Shown here piece by piece: positions 44,006 to 57,879 of a stretch of DNA of 64,000 nt (position 1 is its first letter; each line of letters begins with the position of its first letter). This stretch comes from an uncultured Chloroflexia bacterium (GTDB lineage Bacteria > Chloroflexota > Limnocylindria > Limnocylindrales > CSP1-4): assembly GCA_963813335.1 (NCBI GenBank), contig CAWEYL010000002.1, positions 32,001 through 96,000 of the forward strand, in the 5' to 3' direction. Made by a program: the position numbers and the translations under genes. The notes beneath the pieces were generated by a model. The model saw only the letters and a list, made by a program, of their open reading frames with translations. It made no database searches and was not told the origin of the DNA.

Positions 44006-44615
44006 GGGCTTCGACCCGTACCGGGTGCTCGAGGTGGACCCGGAGGCGTCCGACGACGCCGTCAAGGCGGCCTACCGACGCCTCGCCCGTCGATACCACC
44101 CCGACCTGGCCTCCGAGACCGATGCGGCTGCGAAGATGGCGGTCGTCAATCGGGCGTGGGAGCTCGTCGGCGAGCCGGCGGCACGAGCCCGCTTCGACCG
44201 CGACCGACGCCTCGGCCGGGCGAACCCCGGCATCGAACCACCGACCCCGACACCCGCGCCGCCGCCGCGGCCGCGCACGCCCCCGCCGCCCGAGCAGGTC
44301 TCGAGCGACTGGACCTCGGGCCGGTCGTCGGTCGGCGGCACGTACGACGACTCCATGCGCGAGCCCGACGGGCTCGGCGCGGCCGGTCCCCCGCCCGGCC
44401 GGCCGTCCGGGAGCGTCCTCAACTTCGGCCGCTACGCGGGCTGGTCGCTGGGCGAGATCGCGCGCAAGGACATCGAGTACCTGGAGTGGCTCGACCGGAC
44501 GCCCATCGGGCGGCCGTTCCGCGACGAGGTGGACGTCCTGCTGCGCAAGGCCGGCCGCCGCGAGTCGTCGACGACCGAGGCGACGGAGCGCCGCGGGCTC
44601 TACCGCCGGCGTTAG
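43998..44615 (+). CDS. J-domain protein with C-terminal FGRY.G motif domain
   Basis: DPYRVL...AYRRLARRYHPD; Pro-rich linker; LNFGRYAGWSLGEI...YLEWL. Confidence 0.88.
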   Translation: MAEGFDPYRVLEVDPEASDDAVKAAYRRLARRYHPDLASETDAAAKMAVVNRAWELVGEPAARARFDRDRRLGRANPGIEPPTPTPAPPPRPRTPPPPEQVSSDWTSGRSSVGGTYDDSMREPDGLGAAGPPPGRPSGSVLNFGRYAGWSLGEIARKDIEYLEWLDRTPIGRPFRDEVDVLLRKAGRRESSTTEATERRGLYRRR

Positions 44616-44718
44616 GAGATCGCGAGTGGTGCCGACGACCTCTGGTCAGGGCCGCGCACGCCGAACCACGTAGCCGGGCGTATCGGTCAGCGGGCGGACG
44701 CCTACGACGACCGGGGCG

Positions 44719-45879
44719 TCACCACTCGGCGCGGGTCTGCCGGATGTTCACGCTCTGGATGATCCCGAGGCCGATGGCCATGCTCACGAGCGAGGCGCCA
44801 CCGTGGGTCACGAACGGGAGCGGGATGCCGGTGATCGGCATGATCCCCATCACCATCCCGGCATTCACCACGATCTGGAAGATGATCATCGATGCCATCC
44901 CGGCCGCGAACATCGTGCCGAAGGGGTCGCGCGACTTCCAGCCCGACGCGAGCACGCGCCAGAGGAGCAGGAAGAACAGGGTGAAGGCCACCATCACGCC
45001 GATGAAGCCGAGCTCCTCGGCGAGGATCGCGAGCACGAAGTCCGTGGAGCTGACGGGGAGGAAGTCGCCCTGGGCCTGCGTGCCGTTGGTCAGGCCCTTG
45101 CCGATCCATCCGCCGGAGCCGACGGCGATCTGCGCCTGGTAGAGCTGGTAGCCGGCCCCCTTGATGTCCGGGTCGGCGTCGAAGAACGAGAGCAGCCGCT
45201 GCTTCTGGTAGTCGAGGAGGACATAGGTCCACGCGATCGGCACGAGCGCGACGATCGAGGCGGTCAGCAGGCCCAGCCACTTGAGGCTCGCCCCGGACAT
45301 CCAGAGCATGCCGGCCAGGATCGCGGCGAAGACCATCGAAGTGCCGAGGTCCGGCTGGAGCATGACGAGCGCGAGCGGCGGGAGGATCAGCACGCACGCC
45401 CCAAGGATCGTGCGCAGCGAATCGAGCTTGCCGTTCCGGGCTGACAGGTATTGCGCGAGCACGATGATCATCAGGATCTTCGCGAGCTCGCTGAACTGGA
45501 ACGTGAACGGCCCGAGCGCGATCCAGCGCGAGGCGCCGCCGACGCCATTGCCGATCGCGAGCGTTAGCACAAGGAGCCCGAGCTGGAGTCCGTAGATGGG
45601 CCAGGCGAGGGTCTTCAGCCAGCGGTAGTCGAAGGCGGTCGCCACGATGAAGGCGACGACGGCCAGCCCGGCCCACATCAGGCCACGGGCGAAGGTGGTC
45701 TGGGCATCGAGCGGCAGGTCGCCGCTCTCGACGCTGTTCGTGTAGGCCATCACGAGCCCGATAGCGGCCAGCAGGCCGGCATAGGTCGTCAGCTGCAGGT
45801 CGAAGGCGCGCCACACCGCCCCGACGGACTTGGCAGCCCAGTCGGTGACGCGTGCTGGCTCGGCTCGGATGACGCCCAT
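44719..45879 (-). CDS. rodA: Rod shape-determining protein RodA (SEDS family)
   Basis: GASRW, SELAK, QPDLGT, GSGG..GKG, TDF, TGIPLPF. Confidence 0.95.
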   Translation of the reverse strand: MGVIRAEPARVTDWAAKSVGAVWRAFDLQLTTYAGLLAAIGLVMAYTNSVESGDLPLDAQTTFARGLMWAGLAVVAFIVATAFDYRWLKTLAWPIYGLQLGLLVLTLAIGNGVGGASRWIALGPFTFQFSELAKILMIIVLAQYLSARNGKLDSLRTILGACVLILPPLALVMLQPDLGTSMVFAAILAGMLWMSGASLKWLGLLTASIVALVPIAWTYVLLDYQKQRLLSFFDADPDIKGAGYQLYQAQIAVGSGGWIGKGLTNGTQAQGDFLPVSSTDFVLAILAEELGFIGVMVAFTLFFLLLWRVLASGWKSRDPFGTMFAAGMASMIIFQIVVNAGMVMGIMPITGIPLPFVTHGGASLVSMAIGLGIIQSVNIRQTRAEW

Positions 45880-45884
45880 CGTCC

Positions 45885-47786
45885 TCAGTTGCTCTGGTAG
45901 AAGTTGCCGCGCTTGAGCAGGTCGAAGTTGCGGTAGTCCTTCTTGATCCCGTAGTGGAGCTGGAAGAAGTACTTCACGATCTCCGTCGCCGCGTTGCCCT
46001 TGGTGCGCGAGTCGTAGGCGAACGCGAGCACGACGAGCTTGGAGTCGCCCTTGTCGAACGAGCCGTTGTACGGGTCCTTGGGCGTGAAGCCGATGAACCA
46101 CGAGTGGAACGGCAGGCGCCCCTTGCTGTCACGGGTGCCGAACTCTGCCGTCCCGGACTTGCCCGCGATCTTGATCGGGAGGTCGACGAGGTTGTACGTG
46201 TGGCGGACCAGGACGACGTTGCGGGCCGCCAGGCGCATCGTCTTGAGGACGCCGGACGGCACCTTGAGCTTGTGGAGGAGGATCGGCTTGAAGGGGCGCA
46301 CCACGGTCCCGTCGGGGCCGGTGACCTGGCGGACGACCTGCGGCTGGTAGAGCTTCCCGCCGTTCGCGAGCGCCGCGTACGCGTTGATCAGCTGGATCGG
46401 CGTGACGACGTCGTAGCCCTGCCCGATACCGGCCTGGTAGGTCTCGCCGGCGAACATCGGAGCGCCGAGCGTGGCCTGCTTCCATTCGTTCGTCGGGACG
46501 ATGCCGGAGACCTCGCCGGGAAGGTCGATCCCGGTCGGCGCGCCGAAGCCGAAGTTCTTCGCCCAGTACCCGAGCCGGTCGCTGCCCAGCATGCCGGCCA
46601 GCTGGTAGAAATACGTGTCGCTCGAGTGGCCGAACCCGCAGTAGATGTCGCAGGGACCGAAGCCGCGATGGTTCCAGTCGTAGAACTTCGTCGCGCCGAG
46701 CGTGAGGAAGCCCTTGGTGGGAACCAGGGTGGTGGCCTTGACCTTGCCGTCCGCGAGGGCCCCGGAACCCGTGACGAGCTTGTACGTGGAGCCGGGCGGG
46801 TAGTGGGCCATCGTGGCGTGGTTGAGCAACGGCAGGTTCGGGTCCTTCGCGAGGGCCTGGAAGGCCTTGGTGCTGATCCCGCGGGCGAACAGGTTGTTGT
46901 CGTACGTGGGGAGGCTGACCATCGCGAGCACTTCGCCGGTCTGCGGGTTCATCGCGATGAGGACGCCGCGTTTCAGGCCGATCGCCTTCATGCCCCACTT
47001 GAGTGCCTTCTGCGCGTCCTGCTGCACTTTCGTGTCGATCGTCAGGGTCAGCGAATCACCTGGCTGGACCTGCGTGACGGTCTGGAGGACCTGCGTCTTC
47101 TGGCCCCGGGCGTTCCGCTCGACGGTCTGGGCGCCGTAGACGCCGCGCAACTCGGTCTCGTAGGAGGACTCCACGCCGGCCTTGCCGACCAGGTCGTCGG
47201 GCAGATAGCCGCGCTCCTTGAGCAGCGTGAGCTGTTCGGCCGAGACGGGTCCCGTGTAGCCGATGATCTGGGACATCAGCGGTCCGTCGGTGTACTGACG
47301 GCGTGCCTCGACGACCACCTCCACCCCTGGGAGCTGGGTGGACGACTCCTGGATCAGGCGTGCCGTGTCGGGGTTGACGTCCTCCGCGATGCGGACGAGG
47401 TCGAACGCGGACCCCGGATTGCTGTCGATCGCGGTGTTGATCGTGGCGGGGTCGATCTTGAGCATGGCGGCCAGCCGCTGCACGACCTCGGGCCGGAGGT
47501 CGACCGGGAGATCGGTGGGCCGGAGCTTCACGGCGAACGTGGGGATGTTGGTGACCAGCGCACGGCCGTTCCGGTCGTAGATCAGGCCGCGTGGCGACGG
47601 GATCTCCTCGACCACCGTCCGGTTCTTGGTCGCGAGGGCCGAGAACTGGTTGCCGTTGACGATCTGGAGGTAGAAGAGCCGCGCGGTCAAGGTGCTCATC
47701 GCGATGATCACGATCAAGCCGAAGACCAGGAAGCGCGAGAGCTGCTTCGCCGGTGCGGCGCGCTCGCCGCCGATGTACGAGCTCAC
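45885..47786 (-). CDS. mrdA: Penicillin-binding protein 2
   Basis: RGLIYDRNG; SxxK (STYK), SxD, KSG motifs. Confidence 0.95.
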   Translation of the reverse strand: MSSYIGGERAAPAKQLSRFLVFGLIVIIAMSTLTARLFYLQIVNGNQFSALATKNRTVVEEIPSPRGLIYDRNGRALVTNIPTFAVKLRPTDLPVDLRPEVVQRLAAMLKIDPATINTAIDSNPGSAFDLVRIAEDVNPDTARLIQESSTQLPGVEVVVEARRQYTDGPLMSQIIGYTGPVSAEQLTLLKERGYLPDDLVGKAGVESSYETELRGVYGAQTVERNARGQKTQVLQTVTQVQPGDSLTLTIDTKVQQDAQKALKWGMKAIGLKRGVLIAMNPQTGEVLAMVSLPTYDNNLFARGISTKAFQALAKDPNLPLLNHATMAHYPPGSTYKLVTGSGALADGKVKATTLVPTKGFLTLGATKFYDWNHRGFGPCDIYCGFGHSSDTYFYQLAGMLGSDRLGYWAKNFGFGAPTGIDLPGEVSGIVPTNEWKQATLGAPMFAGETYQAGIGQGYDVVTPIQLINAYAALANGGKLYQPQVVRQVTGPDGTVVRPFKPILLHKLKVPSGVLKTMRLAARNVVLVRHTYNLVDLPIKIAGKSGTAEFGTRDSKGRLPFHSWFIGFTPKDPYNGSFDKGDSKLVVLAFAYDSRTKGNAATEIVKYFFQLHYGIKKDYRNFDLLKRGNFYQSN

Positions 47787-48286
47787 CAGTCGACCCGGTC
47801 GCGCTGCGCACGACGATCGTGGACCGAGACGGCGAGGGGCCCGACGATCGCGGCCAGGATCGCGTCATAGACGGCGCCCGGAAGCACGATCCCGAGCGGG
47901 TCGGTGATCGGAAGCGGCGGACGAAGGGCTCCGACGAGCGTGAACAACATCATCGAATACGCGATGCTCAAGACGAAGGTGGCGATGATCGGTGCGAGTG
48001 GCCTGATCCGTGCGAGAAGTCGACCGATGACGGCCGCACCGCCCACACAGAGGAGCAATGCGAACGCCGTCGACCCGAGGGGTCGGTCAGCCAGGACATC
48101 AAGTCCCAGCCCACCGACGAAGGCCCAAACCAGTCCCGGTTCGAGACCCACGACGATGGTGACGACGACCGCTCCCACCAGCACGAGGTGCGGCTGAGCG
48201 TCGCCGACGCGAAGATACGGTGTTCCTACGGTCAGTTCGAACAGGGCCGCCACTGTCGCACCGACTGCAGCGAGCAGCAGGGTCAT
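47783..48286 (-). CDS. mreD: Rod shape-determining protein MreD
   Basis: Hydrophobic; QPHL, GG...D, PLG motifs; overlaps mrdA start. Confidence 0.85.
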   Translation of the reverse strand: MTLLLAAVGATVAALFELTVGTPYLRVGDAQPHLVLVGAVVVTIVVGLEPGLVWAFVGGLGLDVLADRPLGSTAFALLLCVGGAAVIGRLLARIRPLAPIIATFVLSIAYSMMLFTLVGALRPPLPITDPLGIVLPGAVYDAILAAIVGPLAVSVHDRRAQRDRVDW

Positions 48287-48456
48287 GGAGCGTTCGATCC
48301 TCGGCGAGACGTCCGAAGGTCGCGCGCCCGCTGACGCGGCACTCGACACGATCGAAACGGCGGCGACGTCGCGGGCAGTATCCCACGGAGCGCTCGAAAC
48401 GGGCAACGGCCCGTCTGACGGCGCCGGTTCACGGTCGGCGGCGCCGGTGCGCGGCC

Positions 48457-48472
48457 TGTTTCACGTGAAACA
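48457..48472. promoter_or_regulatory. parS: parS centromere site
   Basis: Perfect palindrome TGTTTCACGTGAAACA upstream of parAB. Confidence 0.97.
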
Positions 48473-48613
48473 CCTCGTCGATCGTGCGGGGTCGTCCCGT
48501 CGAACTCCCGCTACCGTGGCATACCAGCGCAAGGAGCCGGCGATAAGCGCCGGTGCAGGACGGCATGGGACCCTGACACCAAGCGCCCTGAAGCGAGGTC
48601 CGAGGCCGTCCGA

Positions 48614-48622
48614 TGGTAGAAT
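48614..48622 (+). promoter_or_regulatory. Extended -10 promoter for parA
   Basis: TG-G-TAGAAT. Confidence 0.55.
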
Positions 48623-48657
48623 CAATGACCGTGAGAGCGTTCCAGGCAGGTCACTGA

Positions 48658-49517
48658 GTGGGCCAGACGATCGCCTGCGCAAACCAGAAGGGCGGTGTCG
48701 GCAAGACCACGTCGGTGGTCAGCATCGCGAGCTATCTGGCCATCGCCGGTGACCGGGTCCTCGTCATCGACCTCGACCCACAGGGCAACGCCACCAGTGG
48801 GTTCGGCCTTGATCGCTCGCTCCTCGACCGATCGGTCTACGACGCGGTCATCGACGACCTGGCGCTCGAACGCCTGGTGATCGAAGGGCCGCTCGGCGTC
48901 GATCTGGTCCCGTCCTCGATCGCGCTCGCCGGAGCCGAGGTCGAACTGGCGCCCATCGAAGCCCGTGAGCGACGCCTCGCCCGCCTGATCGCCGATCTCC
49001 CGGCCAGATACGACCACATCTTCATCGACTGCCCGCCGTCACTCGGTCTGCTGACCGTGAATGCCCTCACCGCCGCCGATTCCGTGCTCATCCCGCTGCA
49101 ATGCGAGTACTACGCCCTGGAAGGATTGACCCAGCTGCTAGCCACGATCGACCTCGTTCGAGACCACCTGAACCCCGCGCTCGCCATCGACGGCGTCCTC
49201 TTGACGATGTACGACGGCCGGACGAACCTGTCCGCGGAGGTCGCGGCCGAGGTTCGACGCCATCTGGGGCCGCTCGTCTACGACACGGTCATCCCGCGCA
49301 GCGTGCGGCTCTCCGAGGCCCCGAGCCACGGCCAGCCGATCGCCACGTACCGGCCCGACTCCCCCGGTGCGGTCGCCTACCGGCGCGCCGCTGACGAGTT
49401 CCGCGAGCGCCACGCGAACCGCAGCGCCCGCCCGCCGATGCCGGTGATGGCCCCGCTGGGTGCGCCGCACGACGACGCCGACGGTTCGGTGGCCGTGCGC
49501 GAACCGGCGGTGGTGGC

Positions 49518-49521
<4 letters not shown>
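48658..49521 (+). CDS. parA: Chromosome partitioning ATPase ParA/Soj
   Basis: NQKGGVGKTT, DLDPQGNAT, DCPPSLG. Confidence 0.97.
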
Positions 49522-52345
<2,824 letters not shown>

Positions 52346-52352
52346 CGTCCGT

Positions 52353-52850
52353 GTGGCCCCGCTCGACGGCACGCCCGCGTTCGAGTTCTCGCCGCACAAC
52401 TGCTTCGCGTGCGGGACGCTCAACACGAGCGGCCTGCAGCTGATCCTGCACATGGAGCGCGGGCGCTCCTGGACGGAACTCACGCTCGACGCGCGGTTCC
52501 AGGGGTGGGATGGGATCGCCCACGGCGGGATCATCTGCGCGATCCTCGACGAGGTGATGGCCTGGGCGCTCGTCGCCGAGGACCACTGGGGCGTCACCGC
52601 CCGCATGAACGTCGAGTTCAAGCGCCCGGTCCAGATCGGGCGACCGATCCGCGGCGACGGCTGGGTGACCCGCTCGCGCCGACGCGTCGTGGATGCGGCG
52701 GGGACGATCGTCGACGCGGAGACCGGCGAGACGCTGGCGACCGCCGAAGGCACGTTCTTCGCCGCCAGCGACGACCGGAAGCGGGAGCTGCAGGCGCGCT
52801 ACGGCTATCGCCTCGTCGCCGCAACGCCCGACTCCGTGGACCACGCGTGA
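52353..52850 (+). CDS. PaaI-family thioesterase
   Basis: CFACG..N..GL; HGG....LDE hotdog-fold motif. Confidence 0.85.
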   Translation: MAPLDGTPAFEFSPHNCFACGTLNTSGLQLILHMERGRSWTELTLDARFQGWDGIAHGGIICAILDEVMAWALVAEDHWGVTARMNVEFKRPVQIGRPIRGDGWVTRSRRRVVDAAGTIVDAETGETLATAEGTFFAASDDRKRELQARYGYRLVAATPDSVDHA

Positions 52851-53858
52851 GCACCGTGGCCACCCCCGACGCCGAGCCCATCACCACGCCGGCCGAAACG
52901 CCCGTCAGCGAGGTGACCGCCCGTGCCGTCGCCTTCGTCGCGGCCCGCAAGCCCGCCGCCGAGGCCCTCGGTGCCAGCCTTGCCGACGAGGTCAACGACC
53001 CCGACGCCTTTGCCGCGGCCCTGGTCGCCGGCCTGCGCTCGCTGGCCGACCCGGAATACCTCGACGGGGCCGCAGCGGGTGGCACCCGGCATCGGCGCCA
53101 TCTACGGCGTCCGCTGGCCACTGATGGCGGCGATCGCCCGCGGCTTCCGCGGGGCGACCCGCGACGTGCGGCCGGCACCGGTCCTGTTCGTCGCCGACCG
53201 CCTGTTCCGCGAGGACCACCTCGAACCGCGCTGGTTCGCCTTCGGCCTGCTCGAGCGGACGCTCGGGCCGGATCCCGAGCGCACGTGGCAGCTCCTCCGC
53301 CGTGCCGCTCGCGAGGCGGACGACTGGATCACGGTCGATACCCTCGCCCACCCGTACGGGCAGGGCATCCTCGCGGAGCCATACCGCTGGGCCGAGCTCG
53401 AGCAGCTGGTCTTCTCGCCGTCGCGCTGGGAGCGCCGCCTCGTCGGCTCGACGATCGCGACCATGCCCCACGTGGACCGCCGGCGCGGTCGCGATCCGGA
53501 GGTCGCCGCGCAGGCCATTACGCTCCTCGGGCAGCTCATGGGCGATGCCGAGCCCGACGTCCAGAAGGCCCTGTCGTGGGCCTGGCGCTCGCTGACGGCC
53601 GTGGACATGGGCGCCACCGTCGAGGCCCTCAGAGCGGAGACCGACCTCGCGGCGGCCAGCCACGACGGCTACCGCGCCTGGGTCATCCGCGACGCGCTCA
53701 CCAAGCTCGACCCGGCCGTCGCCGAAGACCTCCGGACCCAGCTCGCGGGCATCCGCCGCCAGGCCGGGGCACCATCGACCTCCGAGGGCGCGCGCACCGC
53801 GGCCCGCTTCGGCGGGCTCCCGGATCCCGCCGCCTTCCCCGAACCGCCACTCACCTGA
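52847..53858 (+). CDS. DNA alkylation repair (AlkD-like HEAT repeat) protein (one +1 frameshift near 53068)
   Basis: GVR.P, W..VD.L, WERR, VQKALSW..R motifs. Confidence 0.75.
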
Positions 53859-53884
53859 CCGATCCCTTCGAGGAGTAGCCGACC

Positions 53885-56450
<2,566 letters not shown>

Positions 56451-56457
56451 TGCCGGC

Positions 56458-57582
56458 GTGAGGGTCTTCGGCGAACGGGAGCAGCCCTTGTACGCGGACC
56501 AGTTCGAGATCTACTTCGGGAACGCCAACCCGGACCTGGCACGCAAGATCTGCAGCTACCTCGGCACCCAGCCCGGGCGCGCCGAGGTGTTCCAGTTCGC
56601 CAACGAGAACATCTTCGTCAAGATCCTCGAGAACGTCCGCGAGAAGGACGTCTTCCTCGTGCAGCCCACGAGCCACCCGGTCAACCAGTCGATCATGGAA
56701 CTGCTGATCATGATCGACGCGTTCAAGCGCGCCAGCGCCGGCCGGATCACCGCGGTGATCCCGTTCTACGCCTACGGCCGCTCGGACAAGAAGGACCAGC
56801 CGCGCGTCCCGATCACGGCCCGCCTCATCGCCGACATGATCACCGTCGCCGGCGCGGACCGCGTCCTGACCATGGACCTCCACCAGGGCCAGATCCAGGG
56901 CTTCTTCAACATCCCGGTCGACGAGCTGACCGCGGTCCACATGCTCTCGAACTACTACCGCTACAAGAAGATCGACGACCCGGTGGTGGTCACCGACCTC
57001 GGCTTCGCCAAGCGCGCTCGCGCGTTCGCGGAGCTGCTCGACGCCCCGCTGGCCATCATCGAGAAGCGGCGGGTCGGCAACCTCGACCGGGCCGAGCTGA
57101 TGAACGTCATCGGCGACGTGCGCGGCAAGCGCGCGATCATCGTCGACGACGAGATCGACACCGCCGGGACGCTCGTCGAGATCGTCCGCGCGCTCGAGCG
57201 CGAGGGCGTCACCGAGATCTACGCGTGCGCCACCCACGGCGTCCTGAGCGACCCTGCGATCGACCGCATCGCGGCCTCGTCGCTCATCGAGGTGGTCCTC
57301 ACCGACTCCATCCCGCTCCCCGAGCGGAAGCGGATCCCCAAGATCACGACCCTCTCGGTCGCGCCGCTCATCGGCGAGGCCATCAAGCGCATCCACCGCG
57401 GTGAATCGGTCGGCGCGCTCTTCTCGAGCGAGGTCGCCCTGACCCAGGAGATGCTGCTCTGGGAGGACGGCAACGAGGGCCACATCGACACGCGCGAGGA
57501 CGACGGTGCCGAGGGCGGCTCCGGCGACGACGGAGAGCCCTCAACAGGCGCCCTGCTGGGCGCGACCCCGGGAGACCGATGA
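56458..57582 (+). CDS. prs: Ribose-phosphate pyrophosphokinase
   Basis: YAYGRSDKK, DLH..QIQGFF, DDEIDTAGT, ATHGV. Confidence 0.95.
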   Translation: MRVFGEREQPLYADQFEIYFGNANPDLARKICSYLGTQPGRAEVFQFANENIFVKILENVREKDVFLVQPTSHPVNQSIMELLIMIDAFKRASAGRITAVIPFYAYGRSDKKDQPRVPITARLIADMITVAGADRVLTMDLHQGQIQGFFNIPVDELTAVHMLSNYYRYKKIDDPVVVTDLGFAKRARAFAELLDAPLAIIEKRRVGNLDRAELMNVIGDVRGKRAIIVDDEIDTAGTLVEIVRALEREGVTEIYACATHGVLSDPAIDRIAASSLIEVVLTDSIPLPERKRIPKITTLSVAPLIGEAIKRIHRGESVGALFSSEVALTQEMLLWEDGNEGHIDTREDDGAEGGSGDDGEPSTGALLGATPGDR

Positions 57583-57830
57583 GCCTGCAGCTGCACCAGC
57601 CGGATGGCGAGGGCGGCCTCGAGCCGCGACCGGTAGACGACCGGCAATGGCGCGACCAGCTCCGCTCGACGCGCTGGGGGCGGCAGTTGCCCGGCGAGCG
57701 GCCGCCGGCCCTCAAGAACCCCGAGATGAAGCCGACGTCGCGCCTCATGTCGGTGGTGTTCTGGGCCGGCCTCGGGCTGCTGACGTTCGTGATCCTGTTC
57801 GTGGGGTACCGCACCGGCTTCTGGGGCTGA
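57579..57830 (+). CDS. Small hypothetical protein with one C-terminal TM helix
   Basis: GGAG RBS, ATGA overlap with prs, typical codon usage. Confidence 0.7.
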   Translation: MSLQLHQPDGEGGLEPRPVDDRQWRDQLRSTRWGRQLPGERPPALKNPEMKPTSRLMSVVFWAGLGLLTFVILFVGYRTGFWG

Positions 57831-57879
57831 TCCCGCCCGGAGGGGGCCGGCGCCTCCGCCCCGTATACTTGGCCGTCCC

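Noticed and set aside
48287-48657. oriC
   Set aside because: No TTATCCACA boxes or AT-rich unwinding element; only parS
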